Shown: positions 1 to 8,988 of the stretch, in pieces
Position numbering within the stretch: the stretch's first letter is position 1
Layout of the letters: the number at the start of each line of letters is the position of its first letter
NCBI GenBank assembly: GCA_027485465.1
Contig: JAIXRA010000067.1
Coordinates: 1 to 44,878 of the forward strand
Reading direction: 5' to 3'
From: Bacteroidota bacterium
Lineage (GTDB): Bacteria; Bacteroidota; Bacteroidia; UBA7662
Length of the DNA: 44,878 nt
Notes under the pieces: model-generated
What the model was told of the DNA's origin: nothing
What the model saw: the letters and a program-made list of their open reading frames with translations, nothing else
Databases searched by the model: none
Made by a program: the position numbers and the translations under genes

Positions 1-1427
1 ACGGAATGGCGCTTGGCGTTCAAGTATTGCCGAACACCCCCAAAAAACAAAGAGTCGTTGTCGATTTCGTTCCGAAGCATGTGCAAAACCGCTGCTCCCT
101 TTTTGTAGGTAAGCGAGGATGAGAATATTCGGTTCACATTGCTTACGCCAGAAGCCGGCACATACACCGAACCGGTGGTCGCTGAACGAGCGCTGTTATG
201 GGTGTTCGTCATCCAATCCGATGCGGATGCTTGAGATATAACATATTGACGATGAAGGTATTCTCCGTACGAAGCCCAGCCCTCGTTCAGCCAAATATCG
301 TTCCAGGTTGCACAGGTCACCATGTCCCCAAACCATTGGTGGGCTAATTCGTGGGCAATCAAATCCATTCCAAAATTACCCATGGTGCTCATGGTCTGGT
401 GTTCCATCCCGCCTCCCAATGGAGCCATCATGTGGCCGTATTTCTCGTTGCTAAAAGGATACAAAACAAAGAGATTCGAAAAATTCTCGATCATAGGGCC
501 GGTGCTGTTCAGGGCCGTGCGGTTAAAATTCAAGCAAGAAGTCCCGGAGGAATTGCTGGCATTGTAAATCCAATGCTGGATCAACAGAGAATCCCCGGCC
601 ATGGCCGCAGGATAGGCCCAGCTTAGGTGCTCGGTATAGTTGGTAACCGCAAAGGCCATGAGGTAAAAAGCCATGGGGTAACGACTTCTCCATTTGAACT
701 TCATTCGGTTGCCGCTCAGGGTATCCACCCCCACCAAAAGGCCTGTCGAAGCCACCTTGTTGGGCGACACGCTGGTTCCGTCAAAAAAAACCGAGTCTAT
801 TTTGTCCGCAAGATCCTGTTTGCATGGGAACCAATCCGGAGCCGAGAATGGCTCCGAGAGGGTCCACGTCACATTGACCCCCCAGGTCGGAGACTGGGCG
901 CTGGTAACCCCGCTAAAAAAACCGGAGCTTGGAGGTGTACCTCGGTAATAAACCCGACAGGTCACCGCCATTCCGGCATCCAGGTTCGAGACCAAAGGAA
1001 TACGCACCACATGATTCAAACGGGATAGAGAGGCCGGTAAATAGGTGGTATTGTTCAAACGAACCGAGTCCACGATCATAAAATCCCGTAGTTCAAACCA
1101 AAAAGTATCCATCACCGGGGAGGTCACGACCGACTTGAACATAACGTCCCCACCAACGGTTGTCGAGGTATTGGTGACTTCCAGGTTAAAGTGATAATGA
1201 TGAATGTCGTAGGTATCCGCACCCCGGTTCAAGGCCGAGCTGCGCTGGGCCGCTTGGTTCAATTGGCGTATACCGGCCTGCCGCTCTTTGAGGGCGGCGC
1301 AGCTGTGTTGATCGCCGGTTTTGAGATCCGAGGCCTTGGCGGTGATGACGAGCAGACAAAGGGCGAAAAGTGTCGTTTTGAAAACGGGAAAGTAGCGGAG
1401 GTATCGCATGAGAGTCGAAGAAAACAT
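1..1427 (-). CDS. M1 family zinc aminopeptidase, secreted; partial, 3' end runs off the left edge
   Basis: Not in the ORF track because no stop lies in the window. Manual translation gives MFSSTLMRYLRYFPVFKTTLFALCLLVITAKA (signal peptide; alternative ATG at 1409), then GGGMEHQT (GxMEN-like) and IAHELAHQWFGDMVTCATWNDIWLNEGWASY (HExxH-x18-E). Confidence 0.92.
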   Translation of the reverse strand, partial: MFSSTLMRYLRYFPVFKTTLFALCLLVITAKASDLKTGDQHSCAALKERQAGIRQLNQAAQRSSALNRGADTYDIHHYHFNLEVTNTSTTVGGDVMFKSVVTSPVMDTFWFELRDFMIVDSVRLNNTTYLPASLSRLNHVVRIPLVSNLDAGMAVTCRVYYRGTPPSSGFFSGVTSAQSPTWGVNVTWTLSEPFSAPDWFPCKQDLADKIDSVFFDGTSVSPNKVASTGLLVGVDTLSGNRMKFKWRSRYPMAFYLMAFAVTNYTEHLSWAYPAAMAGDSLLIQHWIYNASNSSGTSCLNFNRTALNSTGPMIENFSNLFVLYPFSNEKYGHMMAPLGGGMEHQTMSTMGNFGMDLIAHELAHQWFGDMVTCATWNDIWLNEGWASYGEYLHRQYVISQASASDWMTNTHNSARSATTGSVYVPASGVSNVNRIFSSSLTYKKGAAVLHMLRNEIDNDSLFFGGVRQYLNAKRHS

Positions 1428-1440
1428 GAATGGTTGAGTT

Positions 1441-1448
1441 CAAAAATA
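1441..1448 (-). promoter_or_regulatory. Bacteroidota housekeeping -7 promoter element for the M1 peptidase
   Basis: TATTTTTG matches TAnnTTTG; it is intergenic, 13 nt upstream of ATG 1427. Confidence 0.55.
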
Positions 1449-1450
1449 GG

Positions 1451-3259
1451 TTATTTTGGCTGTGAGGCCCCACTATCCACTTGTTGAGCCTGGTGCAAGG
1501 CCCAAAAACGGCCCTTCAATTCCAACAAGGCGTTGTAGGTGCCGGATTCTACCACCACGCCTCCTTCCAAAACAACAATACGATGGGCAAAACGAAGGGT
1601 GGATAAACGATGGGCAATCAGGAGGGCATTCCTTCCTTGGACAAAAGATTCGATGCCCCGTTGAACCATGGCTTCGGTCTTGGAATCGATCGATGCCGTG
1701 GCCTCATCCAATATCAAAAGGTCAGGGTCCAAGACCATGGCCCTCATTAAGGCAACCAGCTGACGCTGACCGGCCGAAAGAAGCAAGCCCCGTTCACCAA
1801 CCGGCGTATCGAGTCCTTGGGGTAGCTTATCCAAAAATTCTTCCAAATTCCAAGAACGAATCCGCGATTCAACGGTGGGTCCGTCCAAACCGGTATTAAG
1901 CAATGCAATGTTATCAAGAACTGTGCCGTTAATCAAAAACAATTCCTGAGGCACATAGACCATTCGATGACGTAATTCTTGAAGAGGATAGGCCTCCAAA
2001 TTTCGCCCATTGATTTCAATGCGGCCGCTGTTGGCATCGTAAAATCGTACGAGCAATTGGGCCAGGGTGGATTTGCCACAGCCACTTCCCCCGACCAACG
2101 CCACCACTTCGCCTTGGTTAAGTTCAAGATTTAGTCCTCGAAGGACAGGGCGTTCGGGATCGTACCCAAAATACAGGTCGCTTATTTTGACATGCAAGCC
2201 ACGACGTCCGTTCTCTGCCTTGGGGAGCCCCGTCCCTGTAGACTCAACCTGCACCTGAACTTCGGCTTCTTCTTCCATCAATGCAAAAACCCTGGAAGCC
2301 GCTATAACCCCCATTTGCAAAGAGTTGAATTTGTCAGCCAAAAGTCGAAGCGGCCTAAATAACTGGTTGATATACACCAAAAAAGCCACCAAAACACCCG
2401 GGGAAACGTCACCGCTTTCCACACGGACGGCACCGTACCAAACCATAAGACCCATCGCCGCAGCGGTTAATACCTCGACCACGGGAAAAAAAACCGAGTA
2501 GTACCAAATGCCGTCCAGATGAGCCTTGGTCAAACGTGCATTCTCCTCTGCAAAGGCCTGGTTCTCTCTTTTTTCCCGGTCAAAGAGCGGGACCAACAAC
2601 AGATTGCTCAATCGCTCGGCCAAAAATGCGTTAAGCCGGGCCGTGTTGGCACGCACCGAAGTAAAGGAGCCATGGACTTTTTCTTTGAACCACCAGGTCG
2701 ATCGTAACAACAAAGGCATCACCAAGAGACTGACCACGCTTAGCTGCCAATCCGTGCTGAACATCACCACCAAGACCACCACCAGTTGAAGGACATCCCC
2801 GGCCATGGTCAAGAAGCCTTGGGCAAAGAGTTCAGCGATTGCTTCCAAGTCGTTGATCACCCTGCTGGCCAGAGAACCCACCGGCCTCGCTTCATAAAAT
2901 CCAGGACGGTAGCGACTGAGCTTGGTATACAGGCTTTGGCGCAAGTCCAGAACCACGGATTGCCCTAACTGAACACTAAGGTAACCAAACCCGTAACGGA
3001 GCAGGGATTCCAAAACGAGCAGTCCCAAAATGAGCCAGCCCAAACCGGCCAAAGCATCCAGATCTCCGGTGCGCATGGGGCCATCAACGGCCTGTTGAAT
3101 ATACCAGGGCCGCAGGGGGGCCATACCTGCTAGAACCACGGCCAAAACAACCGTGACCACGACCAAGCCGCGGTATTGTAACATCGCCTGCAACAGGCGA
3201 CGGGTCGGGGCCCAAAGACCTTGTGCGCCTCCCAATTCGTTTGCTTTGGTTGACTTCAT
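1451..3259 (-). CDS. ABC transporter fused permease/ATPase (MdlB/MsbA-like exporter)
   Basis: N-terminal transmembrane domain, Walker A GGSGCGKS, signature LSAGQRQ, Walker B LILDEAT, and IAHRLST. Confidence 0.93.
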   Translation of the reverse strand: MKSTKANELGGAQGLWAPTRRLLQAMLQYRGLVVVTVVLAVVLAGMAPLRPWYIQQAVDGPMRTGDLDALAGLGWLILGLLVLESLLRYGFGYLSVQLGQSVVLDLRQSLYTKLSRYRPGFYEARPVGSLASRVINDLEAIAELFAQGFLTMAGDVLQLVVVLVVMFSTDWQLSVVSLLVMPLLLRSTWWFKEKVHGSFTSVRANTARLNAFLAERLSNLLLVPLFDREKRENQAFAEENARLTKAHLDGIWYYSVFFPVVEVLTAAAMGLMVWYGAVRVESGDVSPGVLVAFLVYINQLFRPLRLLADKFNSLQMGVIAASRVFALMEEEAEVQVQVESTGTGLPKAENGRRGLHVKISDLYFGYDPERPVLRGLNLELNQGEVVALVGGSGCGKSTLAQLLVRFYDANSGRIEINGRNLEAYPLQELRHRMVYVPQELFLINGTVLDNIALLNTGLDGPTVESRIRSWNLEEFLDKLPQGLDTPVGERGLLLSAGQRQLVALMRAMVLDPDLLILDEATASIDSKTEAMVQRGIESFVQGRNALLIAHRLSTLRFAHRIVVLEGGVVVESGTYNALLELKGRFWALHQAQQVDSGASQPK

Positions 3260-4062
3260 GGCTGGAACAAAGGCGGTGCTTCCATGAGAACGGGTTGATC
3301 CAAAAGACCTTGGGGGTATTCAACCTTTTCCAAATAGAGCCCGTGAGCCGGGGCTGAACTGCCAGCGGCTGATCGCTTGGCTTCTTGAATCAAGGACTCC
3401 ATTTGGTCCGCGCTTCGATAGCCCCTTCCGACTTCCATCAGGGTACCGACCACGGCCCGAACCATGTTCCGAAGAAAACGATTGGCCTGCAAAGTCAGGC
3501 TCGCTTGGCCGGGCGCCGGAAAGGTCCATTCCGCCCTTCGTAGTTCGCAGAGGTTGTGTTTTTGGCCCCCACCACTGCGGGCGAAAGCCCCAAAATCCCG
3601 GGTACCCGGCAATGCGTCGGTGGCTTTGATGACCGCCTCCCAATCGGGTTGCGAGGAAAGCCACCATGAGCGCCCGGCCAAGAGGGGATCCTTGTTCCAA
3701 TGAACACGATAACAATAGGTTCTTGACAAGGCCGAATAGCGGGCATGCAATGTATTGGGAACCCTGATGAGAGCATGCACCGCCAGGTCCGGCGGAAGCA
3801 TACGATTAAGTCGTGAAAGCCAGCCATCAAGGTTGGCTTGCCAAGGCAAAGGCTCGTCGTCTTTCAGATCCCAGTGGGCGTAAAAACTTGTGGCGTGCAC
3901 CCCGGTATCGGTTCGGCCTTGTCCCGTCAGGTAAACATCCTGTCGAGTGTAAACCGACAAGGCTTTTTCGAGGGTTTCCTGAACGGTGATCGCATTCGGT
4001 TGTTTTTGCCAACCGTGATAGGCTCCTCCATCGTAGGATAAATGCAAAAAGAACCGAGGCAC
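3256..4062 (-). CDS. truA: tRNA pseudouridine(38-40) synthase TruA
   Basis: LSYDGGAYHGWQKQ, GRTDTGVHA (catalytic Asp), FLRNMVR and APAHGLYL. Start moved to GTG 4062 because the longer ORF overlaps the thiolase. Confidence 0.96.
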   Translation of the reverse strand: MPRFFLHLSYDGGAYHGWQKQPNAITVQETLEKALSVYTRQDVYLTGQGRTDTGVHATSFYAHWDLKDDEPLPWQANLDGWLSRLNRMLPPDLAVHALIRVPNTLHARYSALSRTYCYRVHWNKDPLLAGRSWWLSSQPDWEAVIKATDALPGTRDFGAFARSGGGQKHNLCELRRAEWTFPAPGQASLTLQANRFLRNMVRAVVGTLMEVGRGYRSADQMESLIQEAKRSAAGSSAPAHGLYLEKVEYPQGLLDQPVLMEAPPLFQP

Positions 4063-4081
4063 CGAATTGAAAATTTGGCGC

Positions 4082-5287
4082 TTAACGACATGCTTCGACC
4101 ACCAATGCCAGACCCTGTCCGACCCCAACGCACATGGTAGCCAACCCATACGGTGAGCTCTGCGGGTAGCGGTGCAAGGCATGGACCAAGGTCGTGGTAA
4201 TCCGAGCCCCCGAGCAACCCAAGGGATGGCCCAATGCAATGGCCCCTCCATGAATATTGACTCGTTCCATGGGCAAATCCAATTCGCGTTGGCAGGCCAA
4301 GGCCTGCGATGCAAATGCTTCGTTCAATTCAATGAGGCCCAAGTCGTTGGTAGTCAGACCAGCACGAGCGAGTGCCTTGCGGACCGCCGGTACCGGCCCC
4401 ATGCCCATGATGGCGGGATCGACACCGGCCGCACCAACCGATACCACCCTGGCCAAGGGTTTCAACCCATCCCGACGAACCGCTGTACCAGAGGCTAGAA
4501 TCAAGCAAGCTGCGCCATCGTTGATGCCCGAAGAATTGCCCGCTGTTACGGTGCCCCCGTTTTTGAAGGCCGGTTTAAGTTGCTCCAAAGCAGCCCGTTC
4601 CACGGGACGCGGGTGCTCATCCACTTCAAAAAGTTCGACCTTTCCCTTGCCTTTGGACACCTTCACCCCGATTCTTTCGCGTTCAAAGGCGCCATCGGCC
4701 TCGGCCGCTGCGTATTTGTGTTGCGAAGCGTGGGCAAAATCATCTTGGTCGCTGCGACTGATCTTGTACCGTTCGGCAACATTTTCGGCGGTTTCGCCCA
4801 TGGAATACGGATGGTACAGCCCTTCCCAACGTGGATTGGTAAAACGCCATCCCAGGGTGGTGTCGTAAACCCGGGGCTGACGATCAAAAGCCTGGTCCGG
4901 CTTGGCCATTACATAAGGCGCCCTTGACATGCTTTCCACACCGCCCGCGATGTAGTAATCTCCCTGGCCCAGGGCCAAAGCCCGGTAGGCATCAACGATG
5001 GATTGAAGACCGCTGGCGCAGAGTCGATTGACCGTGACGCCGGAGACCTCCAAAGGCAAACCAGCCAATAGCGAGGCCATGCGGGCCACGTTTCGGTTGT
5101 CTTCGCCGGCCTGGTTGGCGGCCCCCAGGATAACCTCCTCAATACGATGCGGATCAACCCCGGGGTTCCGATCCAATAAATGACGCAGGAGGTCGGCCAT
5201 TAAATCGTCCGGACGAACCTGCGCCAAAGCACCACCGTACCGACCGATGGGGGTCCGGGCTGCATCAACAATAAAAACCTCTTCCAT
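4082..5287 (-). CDS. Acetyl-CoA C-acyltransferase (thiolase, PcaF/PaaJ-like)
   Basis: ARTPIGRYGG, AGEDNRNVARM, NRLCASG (catalytic Cys), NEAFA, GHPLGCSG and MCVGVGQG; start at MEEVFIVD. Confidence 0.95.
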   Translation of the reverse strand: MEEVFIVDAARTPIGRYGGALAQVRPDDLMADLLRHLLDRNPGVDPHRIEEVILGAANQAGEDNRNVARMASLLAGLPLEVSGVTVNRLCASGLQSIVDAYRALALGQGDYYIAGGVESMSRAPYVMAKPDQAFDRQPRVYDTTLGWRFTNPRWEGLYHPYSMGETAENVAERYKISRSDQDDFAHASQHKYAAAEADGAFERERIGVKVSKGKGKVELFEVDEHPRPVERAALEQLKPAFKNGGTVTAGNSSGINDGAACLILASGTAVRRDGLKPLARVVSVGAAGVDPAIMGMGPVPAVRKALARAGLTTNDLGLIELNEAFASQALACQRELDLPMERVNIHGGAIALGHPLGCSGARITTTLVHALHRYPQSSPYGLATMCVGVGQGLALVVEACR

Positions 5288-5291
5288 GCCA

Positions 5292-5299
5292 CAAAACTG
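5292..5299 (-). promoter_or_regulatory. Near-consensus -7 element for the thiolase operon
   Basis: CAGTTTTG has one mismatch to TAnnTTTG and lies 4 nt before ATG 5287. Confidence 0.45.
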
Positions 5300-5377
5300 C
5301 GAAGAATTGACCAAAGAACCCCTCCTTGTGCATCAAATATTCGGACATTTTGGCATAATGAAGGGTTCATAGCCCCA

Positions 5378-5392
5378 TGGCACGGCCTTTGC
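5378..5392 (+). promoter_or_regulatory. sigma54 (RpoN) -24/-12 promoter upstream of htpG
   Basis: TGGCACG-GCCT-TTGC matches TGGCACG-N4-TTGC, with GG and GC separated by exactly 10 nt; it ends 30 nt before the htpG ATG. Confidence 0.75.
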
Positions 5393-5422
5393 GTAGGGCC
5401 TTGTACCCAAAAAAAAGAATCG

Positions 5423-7258
5423 ATGTCGACACAAAAGACCAAAACAGGGACCATTTCGGTCCATACCGAGAACATTTTCCCCCTCATCAAAAAGTCCCTC
5501 TACTCCAACCAGGAAATTTTTTTGAGGGAATTGGTAAGCAACGGGGTGGATGCCTGCCAGAAGTTAGCGGCTTTGGCCTCCATGGGAGAAGTAACCGGTG
5601 AACTGGGCGAGCTCCAAGTCACCGTTCACTTAGACAAAGACGCCAAAACCATTCGGATTTCAGATAATGGACTGGGATTGACAGAGGAAGAAATCGAAAA
5701 GTACATTACCCAAGTCGCCTTCTCTGGTGCTACCGAGTTTATCGAAAAGTACAAAGACAAGTCAGACCTCAACCAAATCATCGGAGCCTTTGGTTTGGGC
5801 TTTTATTCGGCCTTTATGGTCGCCGACCGAGTGGACCTCGAATCCCTATCTTATCGGGATGGAGCCCAAGCGGCCCGTTGGTCCTGCGATGGTTCCACCG
5901 AGTACCAAATCGGTAGCGGAACTCGCACCGAGCGGGGCACCGATATCATCCTGCATGTTGCCGAGGATGCTTCGGAATACCTGGACGAATGGAGGCTCAA
6001 GGAAATTCTGCGGAAATACGGCAAGTTCCTCCCCATCAAGGTCATGTTTGGCGATGAGCATATCAACGCTACATCGCCCTTGTGGACCCGCAAACCATCC
6101 GAACTCACCGATGAGGACTACCAGAACTTTTACAACGATCTGTACCCCATGGCCGAGAAGCCGTTGTTCTGGATTCACCTCAACGTCGACTACCCCTTCA
6201 ACCTCACCGGTATTTTGTATTTCCCCAAGCTCAAAGCCGACTTTGAGCCGACCAAAAACAAAATACAACTGTATAGCCGACAGGTGTTTATCACCGATTC
6301 AGTCGAGGACGTGGTCCCTGATTATCTGCGCCTATTGCACGGGGTGCTGGACTCCCCGGATATTCCGCTGAATGTTTCCCGTTCCTTTTTGCAGACCGAT
6401 GGCAATGTCAAGAAGATCAACAGCCATATTTCCAAAAAAGTGGCCGACAAGCTCCAGGACCTTGCCAAAAACCAGGAGGAATCCTTCCGTGAAAAGTGGG
6501 ATCAGCTAGAACTCTTCGTTAAATACGGGATGATTTCTGACGAAAAGTTTTATGAAAGAGCTGCTGGCTTTTGTTTGTACAAAGACTGCGATGGAAATCT
6601 GCGCAACTGGGATCAAACGGCCGAAATCCTCGAAGCCAATCATCGCAACAAAGACGGTCAACTGGTGGTGCTCTACACCAACCAAACAGAGGCCCATCAC
6701 ATGCTGATCGAAGGCGCGCGCAAAAGAGGCCTGACGGTCCTTCAGTTGGGCAATGTTATCGATCCCCATTTCATTGGGCAATTGGAAGGCAGACTCGAAA
6801 AAACGACCTTCAAACGAATTGATTCCGAAAGCCTGGACAAGTTGGTTGACAAGGGCGAGTCCAAAGGATCTTTGCTCAACGAGGAACAAGAAAAACAAGT
6901 GGTTGAATGGGTGGGTGACTGGGTGCGCGATCGCGATTTCAAGGTCAAGGCCGAGGCCATGTCTGCCGATGACCCCCCTATCCTGATAACCCGCCCCGAA
7001 TTCCTGAGGAGGATGAATGAAATGGCCGCCACCGGGGGATCCCCGTTTTTGGGAGGCCCCATGAAAGAAACCGTGGATATGGTCGTCAACGCGGCCCATC
7101 CCCTTGTACAGCAATTGGCCCTGACCAACGACGAATCCTCCAGAACAAGCCTGGGCCAAAACCTCATCGACCTGGCCCTTTTGTCGCAGGGCATGCTCAG
7201 CGGCGCCCCTTTGGCGGCCTTCATCGAACGCAGCCTCCAATCGGCATCTAAACCGTAA
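5423..7258 (+). CDS. htpG: Molecular chaperone HtpG (Hsp90)
   Basis: LYSNQEIFLRELVSNGVDA, DNGLG, IIGAFGLGFYSAF and DIPLNVSRSFLQ. Confidence 0.98.
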   Translation: MSTQKTKTGTISVHTENIFPLIKKSLYSNQEIFLRELVSNGVDACQKLAALASMGEVTGELGELQVTVHLDKDAKTIRISDNGLGLTEEEIEKYITQVAFSGATEFIEKYKDKSDLNQIIGAFGLGFYSAFMVADRVDLESLSYRDGAQAARWSCDGSTEYQIGSGTRTERGTDIILHVAEDASEYLDEWRLKEILRKYGKFLPIKVMFGDEHINATSPLWTRKPSELTDEDYQNFYNDLYPMAEKPLFWIHLNVDYPFNLTGILYFPKLKADFEPTKNKIQLYSRQVFITDSVEDVVPDYLRLLHGVLDSPDIPLNVSRSFLQTDGNVKKINSHISKKVADKLQDLAKNQEESFREKWDQLELFVKYGMISDEKFYERAAGFCLYKDCDGNLRNWDQTAEILEANHRNKDGQLVVLYTNQTEAHHMLIEGARKRGLTVLQLGNVIDPHFIGQLEGRLEKTTFKRIDSESLDKLVDKGESKGSLLNEEQEKQVVEWVGDWVRDRDFKVKAEAMSADDPPILITRPEFLRRMNEMAATGGSPFLGGPMKETVDMVVNAAHPLVQQLALTNDESSRTSLGQNLIDLALLSQGMLSGAPLAAFIERSLQSASKP

Positions 7259-7345
7259 GCCACGGAAGCGCAAACCACCAAAAAAGGTTGATACTTTGTT
7301 CATAAAATAAGGGATCGCGTTTCCCTGAAGGATTGATTTAAATTT

Positions 7346-7353
7346 TAGTTTTG
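7346..7353 (+). promoter_or_regulatory. -7 promoter element for purH-mreBCD-mrdA-rodA
   Basis: TAGTTTTG matches TAnnTTTG, in an AT-rich intergenic region 59 nt before purH. Confidence 0.6.
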
Positions 7354-7412
7354 AGGTCCCGATTCCGGGAATCTCATCACCGCATTCAACCCTCATCGGA
7401 CGACCCCCAACC

Positions 7413-8936
7413 ATGCCTGATATTCGCCCTGTACGCTCCGCACTTATCTCGGTTTACCACAAAGAAGGCCTGGACCGATTGGCTCTGGCACTGCACGAGC
7501 GAGGCATCGAAATTTGGTCCACCGGGGGCACCAGGGATTTTTTGGAGGGCTTGGGTGTCAAAACCCAGAAGGTTGAAGACCTCACCGGGTACCCATCCAT
7601 TTTGGGGGGACGAGTCAAGACCCTGCATCCCAAGGTCTTTGGCGGGATCCTTCACCGTTCCGAGCATATGGACGATCTCAACGAAATGGCGGCCCACGAA
7701 ATCCCACCGTTGGATTTGGTCATCGTTGACCTGTACCCCTTTGAACAAACCCTTTTGAATGGCGGTACCAACGCCGAACTCATCGAAAAAATCGATATCG
7801 GCGGGATTAGCCTGCTACGAGCCGCCGCCAAGAACCACCTGCAATGCACCGTGGTTTCCTCTGCCCGTCAATACCCTCGGATACTGAATCAAATTTTGGA
7901 ACAAGGCGGAACCAGCCTGACCGAACGCGAGACCTATGCAGCCGAAGCCTTTGCGGTGACCTCCCACTACGACCGCGCCATTTTTGATTATCTCAACCGG
8001 GATGGTTTGGTTCCAGCGCTCCGAATCAGCAACGACGATGCCCATGTCTTGAGGTACGGCGAAAACCCGCACCAAAAGGCGTCCTTCTTCGGCCCCTTAG
8101 ACCAACATTTTGAGGTGCTCTCCGGCAAAGCCCTGAGCTACAACAACCTCCTAGATGTGGATGCGGCCGTTTCTCTGCTCTCTGAATTCCTTGACCCCAC
8201 CTTTGTAGTCATCAAACACAACAACGCCTGTGGCTTGGCTAGCAGAGACCACCTTACCCAGGCTTGGAAAGACGCCCTGGCCGGTGATCCGGTTTCGGCT
8301 TTTGGGGGGGTCTTGGCCGCTAATCGATGCGTAGACCTGGAATGTGCCTTGGCCATCGACCAGATTTTCTACGAAGTTCTGATTGCTCCGGATTTCACAG
8401 CAGAGGCGGTGGAACTGCTATCGCGCAAAAAAAACCGCATTCTCTTACGGCTCAAGTCCATTCCACCATCCGGCATTCAAATTCGAAGTGTCTTGGGGGG
8501 ATATCTTGTCCAGGATCCGGACTCGGTGACCGAATCAACCGAAGACTTCAAGGTGGTCACTCGCGTTGCCCCCCAGCCCTCCGAGATAGAGGACATGGTT
8601 TTTGCCCTCAAAATCGTCAAACATACCCGCAGCAACGCCATTGTCTTGGTTCGGAATCGGCAGTTAATCGGTTCAGGCACCGGTCAGAGTTCTCGAATTG
8701 ATGCGATGCGCCAGGCCGCCCACAAGGCCCGCACTTTTGATTTTGATGTTCAGGGCGCTGTCATGGCCAGCGATGCCTTTTTTCCCTTTGCCGACAGCGT
8801 TGAAGTGGCCTTTCAGGAAGGTATACGGGCGGTGGTTCAGCCCGGTGGTTCGGTCAAGGACCAGGATAGCATTGACTTTTGCGATCGCAACAACATGGCC
8901 ATGGTCATGACTGGACGGAGACATTTCAAACACTAA
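7413..8936 (+). CDS. purH: Bifunctional AICAR formyltransferase/IMP cyclohydrolase
   Basis: STGGT, GRVKTLHP, IDIGG, LRYGENPHQ, KHNNACG, SDAFFPF, QPGGS and terminal RHFKH. Confidence 0.98.
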   Translation: MPDIRPVRSALISVYHKEGLDRLALALHERGIEIWSTGGTRDFLEGLGVKTQKVEDLTGYPSILGGRVKTLHPKVFGGILHRSEHMDDLNEMAAHEIPPLDLVIVDLYPFEQTLLNGGTNAELIEKIDIGGISLLRAAAKNHLQCTVVSSARQYPRILNQILEQGGTSLTERETYAAEAFAVTSHYDRAIFDYLNRDGLVPALRISNDDAHVLRYGENPHQKASFFGPLDQHFEVLSGKALSYNNLLDVDAAVSLLSEFLDPTFVVIKHNNACGLASRDHLTQAWKDALAGDPVSAFGGVLAANRCVDLECALAIDQIFYEVLIAPDFTAEAVELLSRKKNRILLRLKSIPPSGIQIRSVLGGYLVQDPDSVTESTEDFKVVTRVAPQPSEIEDMVFALKIVKHTRSNAIVLVRNRQLIGSGTGQSSRIDAMRQAAHKARTFDFDVQGAVMASDAFFPFADSVEVAFQEGIRAVVQPGGSVKDQDSIDFCDRNNMAMVMTGRRHFKH

Positions 8937-8988
8937 GGAGGCGAACGCTCACTCCGGCATTAGATTCGCTCCAATTACGATTTTTGAT

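Noticed and set aside
322-1487. Several short plus-strand ORFs at the left end
   Set aside because: The region is explained by the minus-strand M1 aminopeptidase that the ORF track missed.
4063-4314. N-terminal extension of TruA, and similar extensions on mrdA, rodA, ssb, HU, nadE and dprA
   Set aside because: These are longest-ORF artefacts that overlap neighbouring genes or promoters; family similarity begins at the downstream starts.
7259-7412. ZMP/ZTP (pfl) riboswitch or other ncRNA upstream of purH
   Set aside because: The conserved GACTGGCG and CGCCTGGG elements are absent. Only a small TCCCG-ATTC-CGGGA hairpin follows the promoter element.
6506-7414. 302-aa antisense ORF over htpG, and the 214-aa alternate-frame ORF at 5727-6371
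   Set aside because: Shadow ORFs expected from codon bias; no recognisable motifs, and they overlap a conserved gene almost entirely.
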